Positions 35,648-45,216 of a stretch of 64,000 nt of DNA are shown here, piece after piece. The position numbers and the translations under genes are program-made. How positions within the stretch are numbered: position 1 is the first letter of the stretch; every line of letters starts with the position of its first letter. A model generated the notes under the pieces. The model was not told where the DNA came from, made no database searches, and worked only from the letters and a program-made list of their open reading frames with translations. The stretch covers positions 1 to 64,000 of IMG/VR virus record IMGVR_UViG_3300005077_000002, one strand, 5' to 3'. This stretch comes from a virus (taxonomy: Duplodnaviria; Heunggongvirae; Uroviricota; Caudoviricetes).

Positions 35648-36955
35648 ATGTCATTATCCGCTGAAGACAAATTCGTAGCTGCAAAGCTAACGCTTCAAAC
35701 AAAAGCTACTTTCTTCTTTGCTTTATCAACAAATCTCAAATTTATCGAAACAGAATATGTTCAAAGTATAGCTGTAGACATCCGCAGTAATCTATACTGG
35801 AACAGAAGTTTTGTGGATTCCTTATGTACATTAGAAGTAGCTGGTGTGCTAGCGCACGAATCTTTGCATACCGCTTTTATGCATTGTCATCGTACAAATG
35901 GCAGGCATGCTGATTTATGGAATATAGCCGTCGACATAAAAACAAATGCAATGTGCTTATTGATGCAGTTGCAATTGCCAAAGGGTGGTATTATTCCTGA
36001 TGTAAATTCAGATAGTATTAAGATCACAATAAACGGTGTGAATATCTTTATTGAAAAGTTAACTGATCTTACTGCTGAAGACATTTATGACAAATTGTAT
36101 CATGAATTGGTTAAGAATAATGCATTACCACCTGAATCCAAGGACTGCAATACTTTAGGTGAACCGCAATCTGGTAATGGAAAATCTGACAACGATGACG
36201 GTGATAGCAATGATAGCGGTGGGAATAAAGATAGCAAAATGCCTCATAACTGGGATAAGCACATACTGAGTTCTGAAGGAGATATCCGCCAGGATGAAGT
36301 AGATGCAATTCGCAGAAAAAGTAAACAAAACATCGCAATGGCCGCTCAAATGGCAAAAGCTCGTGGAACTATGCACGGTGCGTTCCAAGGAATGATTGAT
36401 GCATTTCTGAAGGATATAATTAACTGGAGAACATTATTAAGTAATTTTATTACAAATATGCTTCCCGTAGATTATACATTTAGACGCCCGCATAGAAACA
36501 GTCTTTCCACTGGATCATACATGCCATCAATTGTTCGTGAAAGCATTGATGTCGTTATTGCCATAGATACATCAGGATCCATTGGTGATAATGAATTATC
36601 TGAATTTCTGGGCCAAGCAATTAGGATTTCCAGATCCTATGCTAATGTAATAATGACTTTATTATTTGCTGATATGGACATTCATGACATTATTGAACTC
36701 ACAAGCTCTGATTCACCTGAAGAAATTCTATCGCATGTACGCATAAATGGCGGAAGAGGGGGCACTAGCCATTTATGCATAGCTGAATGGGTAGCCGAAC
36801 ACAAAAGTAATGCTACCGCAGTCGTGTGTCTTACAGATGCTTTCACTGAATTTCCAGAACCATCTTCAGTTGTTGGATCATGGATGTGGGTATTGCCAAT
36901 TGGATCAGGAAACGTAAATATCCCATTTGGTATTGTAATTAAAATGGAGGAATAA
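35648..36955 (+). CDS. Putative metallopeptidase-like (HESLH) + von Willebrand factor A domain protein; DUF2201-type partner of MoxR ATPases
   Basis: N-terminal HExxH (HESLHTAFMH) and a C-terminal MIDAS motif DTSGS. Confidence 0.65.
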   Translation: MSLSAEDKFVAAKLTLQTKATFFFALSTNLKFIETEYVQSIAVDIRSNLYWNRSFVDSLCTLEVAGVLAHESLHTAFMHCHRTNGRHADLWNIAVDIKTNAMCLLMQLQLPKGGIIPDVNSDSIKITINGVNIFIEKLTDLTAEDIYDKLYHELVKNNALPPESKDCNTLGEPQSGNGKSDNDDGDSNDSGGNKDSKMPHNWDKHILSSEGDIRQDEVDAIRRKSKQNIAMAAQMAKARGTMHGAFQGMIDAFLKDIINWRTLLSNFITNMLPVDYTFRRPHRNSLSTGSYMPSIVRESIDVVIAIDTSGSIGDNELSEFLGQAIRISRSYANVIMTLLFADMDIHDIIELTSSDSPEEILSHVRINGGRGGTSHLCIAEWVAEHKSNATAVVCLTDAFTEFPEPSSVVGSWMWVLPIGSGNVNIPFGIVIKMEE

Positions 36956-37516
36956 GTGAGTAAAAAACCATTTGATCCTAATGATGTAAGAAGCATTAGG
37001 GATCTTGATCCATTATTTCAGGTATCAAAACCTGATGACTATGGTCTTGAAGATATGGATCTTCCGGAATTCAGAGATGATAAAACACCGGCAGACGACT
37101 TTGATTTCAATGATTTGGATAGTGTGTTTACCACCATGCGTACAACCAGTGAGTTTGTAGATGGTATTGATACTTCTGCAATTTTAATTGCTGAGGACAA
37201 TATCGAGAATGAAAATCTAGATCCAGATCCAGAAGACTTTGATGAAAATGTATCGGAAAATACCGAATCCTACATAGAAGAGAACCAGGTTAGTTCTGAT
37301 AGTACAGTAACTGATGATATTTTGGGTACAGTATCTGAAGATCTTATTTCATCCGTTGAAACTATTTCGGATGAAGATACTGATAAACCGGTGATTGAAA
37401 AACAACCTATTACCAAAATCAATCAACAGTTTCTGAGTAGTTTATTCAAATTTAAGAAGGAAATTGCGCATGTTGAATCTACAGAATCTGACATTGAATC
37501 AAATGATGCCGAGTGA
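36956..37516 (+). CDS. Extremely acidic protein (186 aa, about one-third Asp/Glu); DNA-mimic or anti-restriction candidate
   Basis: GTG start with a GGAGG RBS; pervasive D/E-rich composition. Confidence 0.5.
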   Translation: MSKKPFDPNDVRSIRDLDPLFQVSKPDDYGLEDMDLPEFRDDKTPADDFDFNDLDSVFTTMRTTSEFVDGIDTSAILIAEDNIENENLDPDPEDFDENVSENTESYIEENQVSSDSTVTDDILGTVSEDLISSVETISDEDTDKPVIEKQPITKINQQFLSSLFKFKKEIAHVESTESDIESNDAE

Positions 37517-37952
37517 TTTCAGTGATTTGCTGGTCAAACTCGATGTAAATAATCCCCTGGCCGAGCTGGAAATAAAGCATAAACTGAATGGATATGACAT
37601 TGGTAGTTATATCGATGGTTACTTTCATCTGCGTAAAATATTGTCAGCAGGATTTAAGAGTGCCCATGAATTGACTGCCAGGTTAACATCAGAATTGCTT
37701 GATCGTGGAATTGATCCAACTGCTATTGATTTCAAAGCTGTTGTAAACGGAAAGAAAATAACTATTCCACCTGATGTTGATGACGCAACTAAAGAACGTT
37801 TAATGGAAGAACAGCGACTTGCTATTCCGGCACCTGGTACTGAAGCAATGATCATTTACAATGAAAACCCTGTTGTATGGGTAATCGTTAAAAATGGAAT
37901 AATGAGTATTGGAGGTGACAAGAATTGTCTGATGATTCCGAAAAGAAATTAA
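37470..37952 (+). CDS. Hypothetical protein
   Basis: AAGGA RBS 8 nt before the ATG at 37470. Confidence 0.5.
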   Translation: MLNLQNLTLNQMMPSDFSDLLVKLDVNNPLAELEIKHKLNGYDIGSYIDGYFHLRKILSAGFKSAHELTARLTSELLDRGIDPTAIDFKAVVNGKKITIPPDVDDATKERLMEEQRLAIPAPGTEAMIIYNENPVVWVIVKNGIMSIGGDKNCLMIPKRN

Positions 37953-38161
37953 AGGGTATACCTGTACACAGGGCTATATCTGTAGATATGAATGAGTCTG
38001 TGGTACGTGTAGCTGATATTGTTGATTTTCTAGCTAAACTTAAATCTGTTTATAGCCATACTATTGATATAAATGAAATGTTAGTCCAGGAAATTAACAG
38101 TGTTTGCACTGTAGCTATTAAAAACAACCGTCCTGGTAATAGTAGATACTCTAGTGGATAA
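37925..38161 (+). CDS. Hypothetical protein
   Basis: 78-aa ORF. Confidence 0.4.
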   Translation: MSDDSEKKLKGIPVHRAISVDMNESVVRVADIVDFLAKLKSVYSHTIDINEMLVQEINSVCTVAIKNNRPGNSRYSSG

Positions 38162-38234
38162 TGTAGCTATTTTGCTACATAAAGAGTCACCTTACACGTA
38201 ATTATAGAATATTTTACTATTATATTGGAGTACA

Positions 38235-38675
38235 ATGGAAGAATCATTAGACAAAAGTATAGTTACCATAGTAACTGACGACACCATAAAAATAGCATTG
38301 AACATTGAGTATGATCTAGCAGATGATGTCGAAGACAAATCTCCATTCGAGGTTAGTTTTAAATTTCCTGGAATATTTAAACCATTGGTAAACAATACTG
38401 ATTTGCAGAGAGATTTATCTGATATTGTTGTTCATACATTTACAACATTGTTTATGTACGAACAGGACGTTCCGGATCTATTTCAAAAAACTATTAGTAA
38501 TCTGCATTCAGATTTGTTTATTAAAACCAATGAAATCATAGAAGTTGCTATGTCCGTGCTAAATGCAGAAAAATCAGACCAGGATAGTCCTGCAGAGCAA
38601 GAGGAACAACCTGAAGATTATCCGACGCTTCCATCTCCTGGCAACCATTTATTTAATCATGGGTTATCATCATGA
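38235..38675 (+). CDS. Acidic protein (146 aa)
   Basis: GGAG RBS; Asp/Glu-rich; hairpin TGTAGC-TATTTT-GCTACA upstream. Confidence 0.5.
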   Translation: MEESLDKSIVTIVTDDTIKIALNIEYDLADDVEDKSPFEVSFKFPGIFKPLVNNTDLQRDLSDIVVHTFTTLFMYEQDVPDLFQKTISNLHSDLFIKTNEIIEVAMSVLNAEKSDQDSPAEQEEQPEDYPTLPSPGNHLFNHGLSS

Positions 38676-38950
38676 CAGAAGTTCACAAAGTTGCTTTGAA
38701 TGGAATTATTGCACAGTTAGCTGTTGTGATATCTTCTATAGCTTCAGATAAAATGATAACACCACAAGCAGCAGCTGAAGAAATAGCTCCACGCATCGTT
38801 AACGAACTTAAGCAACTCTATGTAGTTACTTTGAGTAAACGAGAGCTTGATAGATTTAAAGAGAATGTGAAGAATGTTTATGGTGATGCACCAGAAACTG
38901 AACACTATTTATATATACTTAAGGTATTGGAGGATTACATTGAAACTTAA
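38672..38950 (+). CDS. Hypothetical protein
   Basis: 92-aa ORF. Confidence 0.5.
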   Translation: MTEVHKVALNGIIAQLAVVISSIASDKMITPQAAAEEIAPRIVNELKQLYVVTLSKRELDRFKENVKNVYGDAPETEHYLYILKVLEDYIET

Positions 38951-40085
38951 ATCAAATGTTTTACTTGATGCTCTTAACTTCCTGATGCCAGGCTTTGAAA
39001 AGACCGGTACAATTATTGAAACCGGTAAAGTACAATTATCCTCGCATTTATTTGTTCAGGAAGAAGGTCCATCGAAACACTATTTATTACTATCCACCAG
39101 AAGCAGGTATGTTGCCGGCCGCGTTGGTATAGAAATCGAAGAATCGGAATTCATTCCTGATTTTAATACGCTGGTGGATTATGATAAACTTCGTAATTAC
39201 ATCGGAATGTTACCCGCTAATACGGATATTGATTTGTCTTACAATTCCAGTAAAGGCGCCTTGGCTATCAATGATTCAAAAGGTATCTACCGGTTTTCAG
39301 TAGATAATCTTGAATTTGATGTTGAAATGCCTGAGATGGACAGCGTTGGTTCATTACCTTTTGATCAGTTTAATACGCTTATGGACCATGCCCGAGCGTT
39401 CACGACTACTGAACGCAATACACAAACCGGTAACAGCATTCGTCTGACATATGATGGTGATAACAATGATATGCTGTGGGCCACAGTGTATCATCGTTCG
39501 CTTATCGCAGCGTTTTCTATAAAACCTGGTACCAAAATGGAAAAGCTGGATGTGTATGTCCGCGCCAGTATCTTTAAGAAGATCGGCCGGCAGGACGGTC
39601 TTATGTACATTTTATCCAGTAAAGATTCGAGTGTACTTGGTCTTGCACCGGAAAATGTACTTGGTAGAATGGCTGTAACAACTCTTAATGATATCGAAGA
39701 TTCTAGCGAAATTATTCGTTCAGTTCTTCAAATAGAACGGCCTTATCTGGTTACGTTTAATCGTAGTACACTCAGTAACGTTGTCGAGAAGATGTCTTTG
39801 TTTTCGCAGGAATCTGTCTTGATCGATGTTCATGATGGTAAAGCCCACGTTTCTTCGAAATCATCCGCTGGTTCAGATGGTAATGAAGTACTGGCTGTTG
39901 AGCACATTGGTGCATTCCACATTGAATTGCCCATTAAAGTTATTAATAACGTGCTACGTATTGACTCCGACAGTGAGACAGTTACATTTGATATTTCCGA
40001 GGATGCTTCCACCGCTATGGTGACTGGTAAATCTTCCGATATCAACTATGTGATAGTTACTTCGTCCGCATCTGATACTGAGTAA
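38940..40085 (+). CDS. Candidate DNA polymerase sliding clamp (beta-clamp-like)
   Basis: TTG start 5 nt after a GGAGGA RBS; N-terminus MKLKSNVLLDALNFL... and ATVYHRSLIA (compare ATDGHRLA) are clamp-like; about 380 aa; weak. Confidence 0.4.
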   Translation: MKLKSNVLLDALNFLMPGFEKTGTIIETGKVQLSSHLFVQEEGPSKHYLLLSTRSRYVAGRVGIEIEESEFIPDFNTLVDYDKLRNYIGMLPANTDIDLSYNSSKGALAINDSKGIYRFSVDNLEFDVEMPEMDSVGSLPFDQFNTLMDHARAFTTTERNTQTGNSIRLTYDGDNNDMLWATVYHRSLIAAFSIKPGTKMEKLDVYVRASIFKKIGRQDGLMYILSSKDSSVLGLAPENVLGRMAVTTLNDIEDSSEIIRSVLQIERPYLVTFNRSTLSNVVEKMSLFSQESVLIDVHDGKAHVSSKSSAGSDGNEVLAVEHIGAFHIELPIKVINNVLRIDSDSETVTFDISEDASTAMVTGKSSDINYVIVTSSASDTE

Positions 40086-40090
40086 TTATA

Positions 40091-40450
40091 ATGCCTCGGG
40101 ATGAACTTGAACTGTTTATTGAATCCGAACTTGGTGAGCTGCAGCAATTGCGGCTCACTTCCGGATCTGGTAATCAGTTTGGTGACGGTGATATCAAACC
40201 CATAGTAAGACAGTTACTTGCTTATGCTAGTTTTGGGTACGAGGCTAAACGTACATCAACTTCCCGTAATCATCTGGTTAAATGGAATGATTGGGAAAAA
40301 GCTAGAAAGCAAATTCACAGACAAGATAATATTCCTATTTTGGTCACTCAAAACTCCATGAAACATCGCATGGTTCATCTTGAATTTGATGACTGGAAAC
40401 AATTGATGCAGCTGCTTAAGGAGATGAGCCAATGGACACCAGCAAAGTAG
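40091..40450 (+). CDS. Hypothetical protein
   Basis: 119-aa ORF. Confidence 0.5.
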   Translation: MPRDELELFIESELGELQQLRLTSGSGNQFGDGDIKPIVRQLLAYASFGYEAKRTSTSRNHLVKWNDWEKARKQIHRQDNIPILVTQNSMKHRMVHLEFDDWKQLMQLLKEMSQWTPAK

Positions 40451-40983
40451 AAAAGCTTCTGGATAGTAAGTTACTGTATAGTATAAAAGAATGGTTCATG
40501 CATTATTTCTCTGAGTTTTGTAATATAACAAATCCAGACCTTATATATTTTAACAGTATACCTTTAGGTTCTACAGGATTCCAAATACATGTAATTTCGA
40601 ATTTTGGTAGTCCGCCTGTTAATTTCGCTAAAATAACTACGAGCCACGATGGTAGGGGCATGCTCATTGATTCAGTTACAATTGATGTTAAACTGCTGCG
40701 AATCATGCAAGATAAATTACCGAAACTGCCTAAATTCGTGCAGGAACCAGATGTCATTGCTTTAGGCATAGAAAAACATTCCAGAAGCAATGCGCAGGTA
40801 TGGTATTCTGCAGTTTCAGCATTGGTAGATTCTTATAATAGTATAACCAGTGGAACTGAAACTTCAATGCAAAAAGTGCATGATGCAATTAAGCTGGACG
40901 ACGTCTACTCTCTGCTTTCATTTCTTCATCATTTGAAGGACTCATCAAATGTTCAGCAAAACAAAGTATCCCAGATGCAGTGA
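40432..40983 (+). CDS. Hypothetical protein
   Basis: 183-aa ORF. Confidence 0.5.
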   Translation: MDTSKVEKLLDSKLLYSIKEWFMHYFSEFCNITNPDLIYFNSIPLGSTGFQIHVISNFGSPPVNFAKITTSHDGRGMLIDSVTIDVKLLRIMQDKLPKLPKFVQEPDVIALGIEKHSRSNAQVWYSAVSALVDSYNSITSGTETSMQKVHDAIKLDDVYSLLSFLHHLKDSSNVQQNKVSQMQ

Positions 40984-42295
40984 GTGTGCTTTTTTAGGAT
41001 CTAAAGACAATCAGGATGTTTGCTATCGTAACTATCCACCAATACCTAACTTTATGCCTGATTGCAAAATGCGATTATATAACAATGGACCATGGATATC
41101 GGCGTTTATTAAGCGTCATTCATGGTTAATGGAATTGGATGAATTGTTTGGAAAGGAAATAATAGACATGAGTACAGCAACTCTTGATGAAAAGAAAGCC
41201 CGGGCAAAGCAATTTCTTAGTAAATATGCCAAGTCGACCCTTGAAAAGGGTTCGTCTGTTGTTGCAGATTTTGCAGAGAAGTTGCCGGAGCAATTTCAGT
41301 CGTTTCAAAGAATGAATCTCGGGATACCGAGTATCGATTCTTTCTTTGGCGGCGGATTACCACTGGGTGGATTAATTACTTTATTTGGGGATACCAGTGT
41401 CGGCAAAACATCGTTATGTCTAGCTATTACATCCGCAGCTCAGAAAGCTGGTAAACTGGTATTGTACTGCGATGCAGAAGGTACACTTGATATGAGTTGG
41501 GCCAGAACTCTTGGTGTTGACACCGCTAATATGGTGTACATAGGTAGTGATGTACCACCGGATGAAAACTTTACTCCGGCCACTCTTGAAGATTATCTCA
41601 ATGCAATTGTATCCAGCATGAATGATAATATATTCGACTTAGCTGTTATTGATTCACTGGATGCTATGATGGCTCGCGGAAGGGTACAGAGCAAAAAAGG
41701 TAAGAAACGTGATCTGGACGATGATGATATCGCACTTAAGGCACGCAAATTATCTGATTTCTATCCCAGAATAATTGGCTCGTTACGAGCCGGTTCACAT
41801 GGTCTTATTCAAATAGGTCAGATGCGGGCAACCGGAATCGGTTCTGCATTCGTAACTCAAACTATGAGTGGTGGTAATGCCAGAAAGTTTTATGATCTGC
41901 TTACTTTGAGATTAAGCCGTGGTGATAAGGCATCAGCCCCGATGGATGGAGATACACCAGTCGGATACGGATTAAATATCCGTGCCACTAAATCTAAGAT
42001 TAGTGGTATCAAAGAAGGCCAAACAACCAGTACAGCATTTTTCTTTGGTACAGGATTCGATCCTGTTTACGAAATGGTTTTGGCTGCCATGGCTAATGGA
42101 GCTATTGCAAAGAAATCTGCAGCATCGGTTGAACTTACAACAGTTGACGGCCGTGTTATACCGATTCGTTATGGTAAAGAATATCGGATCGCTAACTACA
42201 TCAAAGAGAATAATCTTGTTGATGACTTACGCGCCGTTGCCACAGGTGAATTAACTCCGGATGTTGAAGCAGCATTGGGTGAAGGTGAAGAATGA
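40949..42295 (+). CDS. RecA-family recombinase (RecA/UvsX-like) with an N-terminal Cys-rich extension
   Basis: GDTSVGKTSLCLAITSAAQKAGKLVLYCDAEGTLD (Walker A + AEHALD-like), VIDSLDAM (Walker B), MSGGNARKFYDLLTLRL (compare RecA GGNALKFYASVRL); N-terminal C-x2-C...C...C. Confidence 0.7.
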   Translation: MFSKTKYPRCSECAFLGSKDNQDVCYRNYPPIPNFMPDCKMRLYNNGPWISAFIKRHSWLMELDELFGKEIIDMSTATLDEKKARAKQFLSKYAKSTLEKGSSVVADFAEKLPEQFQSFQRMNLGIPSIDSFFGGGLPLGGLITLFGDTSVGKTSLCLAITSAAQKAGKLVLYCDAEGTLDMSWARTLGVDTANMVYIGSDVPPDENFTPATLEDYLNAIVSSMNDNIFDLAVIDSLDAMMARGRVQSKKGKKRDLDDDDIALKARKLSDFYPRIIGSLRAGSHGLIQIGQMRATGIGSAFVTQTMSGGNARKFYDLLTLRLSRGDKASAPMDGDTPVGYGLNIRATKSKISGIKEGQTTSTAFFFGTGFDPVYEMVLAAMANGAIAKKSAASVELTTVDGRVIPIRYGKEYRIANYIKENNLVDDLRAVATGELTPDVEAALGEGEE

Positions 42296-42534
42296 TCTGT
42301 TATAAAGATAAAACATTTTGTCCGTTTCACGAAGAATGCAGATATGGTATTATATGCGCAGATGCTCTTACCGAAGCTGTTCTTAGAGCAGCTAAAGAAT
42401 GGTGGGGAAACGCTTCAGGTGACCCGCCCATATCCAAATACATAGTACGACCTGCTTGTTTCATGAAAAAGGATAAAGAAACAATTAAACATTTCACAGG
42501 AAAGGAAGAACAAATTGGCGCAATTACCGACTAA
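42292..42534 (+). CDS. Hypothetical protein
   Basis: 80-aa ORF. Confidence 0.45.
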   Translation: MICYKDKTFCPFHEECRYGIICADALTEAVLRAAKEWWGNASGDPPISKYIVRPACFMKKDKETIKHFTGKEEQIGAITD

Positions 42535-42970
42535 TTTGATATTTTATCGTACTAAGTCAGCGCTGTCCGCGGACTTTATGTTGCCGAAACGTAATGAAAA
42601 AGGGTATGTAGATTCCATCGGCGGCATATTATTGAAGTTCGCGTCAGCTGTTGCTGATCGCAAGTTCAACTGGGAAGCCGCATTGAGTTTCGCTTTAACG
42701 CCTATCGAGATTTCGAAGATAGAAGTTAATCGTCTCTCAGGCAATCAGACTGAATTACTGCATGATCCAAATGCCGGTACTGGAAAAAAGGGTACGGTCA
42801 TAAAAAAGCTGTATGTCTCAATCACTGACGATGGAAATGGCATAAAGTTTTTTATAACCGTAAAGGAAAAGGAAGGAAATAACACTGCTACATTTATTAT
42901 GTCGCATGAAGAATTCTTTCTGTTCCGTACTCTGGCTCTCAGTTTTATACCGACTTGTTACGGCCTATAG
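42515..42970 (+). CDS. Hypothetical protein
   Basis: TTG start after a GGAAGGAAG RBS. Confidence 0.5.
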   Translation: MAQLPTNLIFYRTKSALSADFMLPKRNEKGYVDSIGGILLKFASAVADRKFNWEAALSFALTPIEISKIEVNRLSGNQTELLHDPNAGTGKKGTVIKKLYVSITDDGNGIKFFITVKEKEGNNTATFIMSHEEFFLFRTLALSFIPTCYGL

Positions 42971-42977
42971 TTAAAAC

Positions 42978-42998
42978 GGGGCCTTGTGCCCCTCTTTT
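42978..42998 (+). terminator. Rho-independent terminator
   Basis: GGGGC-CTTGT-GCCCC followed by TCTTTTAT. Confidence 0.6.
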
Positions 42999-43004
42999 AT
43001 ATCT

Positions 43005-43868
43005 ATGGAAATACAATCATTATCTATTCATGTACCTGGCGGATGTCCTAATGAATGTAAGTTTTGTGTGGCAAGACTACATCCAAGCCACTATGATAAT
43101 CTTATTGGAATCAAAGATAATAGGATTTTTCATTATACTAATGAGTATATAGCTAGACTAAACTTCGCAAGGGACAACGGCTGCAACACAGTTATTCTAA
43201 CCGGTGATTGTGAGCCGCATTTAAATGAACATTTCTTATCGTTATTTGCCGGCTGGAACAGATCCCTGCAATCTCCTTTCAGGTGGATTGAACTGCAAAC
43301 CAGTGGAATAAGACTTCCAGATAAGTTACACTTTCTTAGGAATGTTGTTAATATCAGTACAATATCTCTGAGTCTGTCATCTTTAAAGTCTGATGAAAAT
43401 ATTGAGTATAATGGCATCCACGAACGTGATCACTTTGATATTGATAAATTGTGTACACATATAAAGGAAGCCGGATTCAATCTGCGCATCAGTTTAAATA
43501 TGACCGATGTAGTGTGCCGATGGTATCCTGTTGATGTATTTGAGAAGTTGTATAATTTGGGAGCTGATCAGGTTACATTACGCAAGCTTTACCATTCGAA
43601 ATCCAATGAGACCATCAATGAGTGGATAAACCAACATGGCGCCACGGATATTGATATTGCACCTTTTAAGAAATATATCAGGGATGAAGGTGTTCCGTTG
43701 GAAGTGCTTTCATTTGGTGCTACACGATATGCTGTAAATGGCATGTCTGTCGTCCTGGATGATGACTGTATGTCTACCGAAGCAAAACGATCATTGAAGT
43801 ATCTTATTTTAAGGCCCAATTGCAGATTATATTCGCATTGGGATACACCAGGTTCACTAATATTTTAA
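43005..43868 (+). CDS. Radical SAM enzyme (function unknown)
   Basis: CPNECKFC (CxxxCxxC) near the N-terminus and ILTGDCEP (GGEP-like); ATG at 43005 after the terminator. Confidence 0.7.
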   Translation: MEIQSLSIHVPGGCPNECKFCVARLHPSHYDNLIGIKDNRIFHYTNEYIARLNFARDNGCNTVILTGDCEPHLNEHFLSLFAGWNRSLQSPFRWIELQTSGIRLPDKLHFLRNVVNISTISLSLSSLKSDENIEYNGIHERDHFDIDKLCTHIKEAGFNLRISLNMTDVVCRWYPVDVFEKLYNLGADQVTLRKLYHSKSNETINEWINQHGATDIDIAPFKKYIRDEGVPLEVLSFGATRYAVNGMSVVLDDDCMSTEAKRSLKYLILRPNCRLYSHWDTPGSLIF

Positions 43869-43878
43869 CCGGAGGTAT

Positions 43879-45204
43879 ATGCAAGTATCTTGGAATCTTA
43901 TTCAACAGTCCAGATTAGGTGGTAACAAACTACTTAAGATCTGGGTTGATGATAATTCAAATGCAATTAATCGGGAATGGGGTCTCGAGGGTGGTAAAAT
44001 GCAATCATCCACCTCGATTGTTGCCGGTAAAAACATAGGCAAGGCCAACGAGACCACACCACATCAGCAAGCTGTTCTGGAAGCCACGTCCATTGCGGAA
44101 CGTAAAATGCGTGAAGGTTACCGGGTAAATGATGGAAATAAACCCGCAGTCACTGAAATCGAATTCGTGTTTTATCCGTTACCATCAAATTTCACACCAA
44201 GTAAACCCATCGAGGATCCGCCGAAGGGGGTAACCTTTGAGGGTGGTTACGAAAGTTACTTTGCTGAACGCAAGAACAATGGTGTTAATCTGTTACAGGT
44301 AACGGATGAGAGTGGAAATAGGCATACATACACCCGTGGCATCAAGGATATAACAGCCATTACAGCTGACATAGATATTATTCAGGATCTCGGTAAGATG
44401 GATATTCCGAACAAATCAATTGTCAGCTATGAGTTTGTTTTCTATAACAACAAAGGCAAGGAAGTTCCTAAAGAACTCCGCGGCATTGTTAATGAACGGA
44501 CTACACCTGAAAAGGCCACAGCAAGGTATAACAAATTGCTGCAATCCGGGGGTTCATTTGCCATTAAGGTATTTGACATCCTGTTTTATGATGGCAAAGA
44601 TGTGACTAAATTGGATTATATCGATCGTCGGCGCTTACTGCATAAGCGTTATTTTAGTTTAAATAAAGCTTATGAGTCATCGTACGCCAATCCGCTGACA
44701 CCCGAATTGATACAACGATCCAAGGATCTTAACTGGGAAGGCTGGGTACTACGCAAATTAACTACCCCTGAAAGTCACGTGGAATTTACCATGAATGGAA
44801 AACCATACAGGCGTGGCGCCTGGAAGTTTGTGTTTCACAGAATGGAAGATTTCTTCATTTATGAAGCACAGACCGGCGATTCGGGTAGATTGCAGAACAG
44901 ACTGGCTCAGTTTCATCTGGGTAAATATGATGAAGCCGGCAACATTGTTGATATCTGCTGGGCTGGCCCGGGTACCCTAAAAGATGACGACATAGACGCT
45001 CTACCGGAATTACTTGGCATCGATTTGTCCGGAACTACGCCGCGTACTCCATTCACAACTAAATTGTTAACGGTAGCAGTTAAATACAGAGCGAAACAGG
45101 AAGACTCCGAAGCACTGGAGCATCCGGTTATAATGGAAATCCGGCAGGATAAACCTGCTACGGAATGCCTTATCACCGATAGTGCTGTTATCTGCGATAA
45201 ATAG
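43879..45204 (+). CDS. ATP-dependent polynucleotide ligase (DNA-ligase-like nucleotidyltransferase)
   Basis: Motif I variant ERKNNG (KxNG), motif IIIa VFDILFYDGKDV...RRRLL, motif IV EGWVLRK, motif V WKFVFH; GGAGG RBS. Confidence 0.6.
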   Translation: MQVSWNLIQQSRLGGNKLLKIWVDDNSNAINREWGLEGGKMQSSTSIVAGKNIGKANETTPHQQAVLEATSIAERKMREGYRVNDGNKPAVTEIEFVFYPLPSNFTPSKPIEDPPKGVTFEGGYESYFAERKNNGVNLLQVTDESGNRHTYTRGIKDITAITADIDIIQDLGKMDIPNKSIVSYEFVFYNNKGKEVPKELRGIVNERTTPEKATARYNKLLQSGGSFAIKVFDILFYDGKDVTKLDYIDRRRLLHKRYFSLNKAYESSYANPLTPELIQRSKDLNWEGWVLRKLTTPESHVEFTMNGKPYRRGAWKFVFHRMEDFFIYEAQTGDSGRLQNRLAQFHLGKYDEAGNIVDICWAGPGTLKDDDIDALPELLGIDLSGTTPRTPFTTKLLTVAVKYRAKQEDSEALEHPVIMEIRQDKPATECLITDSAVICDK

Positions 45205-45216
45205 TTTATGTAACGG

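Noticed and set aside
43005-43868. Calling the radical SAM enzymes QueE (7-deazaguanine pathway) or NrdG (anaerobic RNR activase)
   Set aside because: No QueC/QueD/FolE/DpdA partners and no class III RNR in the window; the CxxxCxxC and GGEP motifs alone do not discriminate subfamilies
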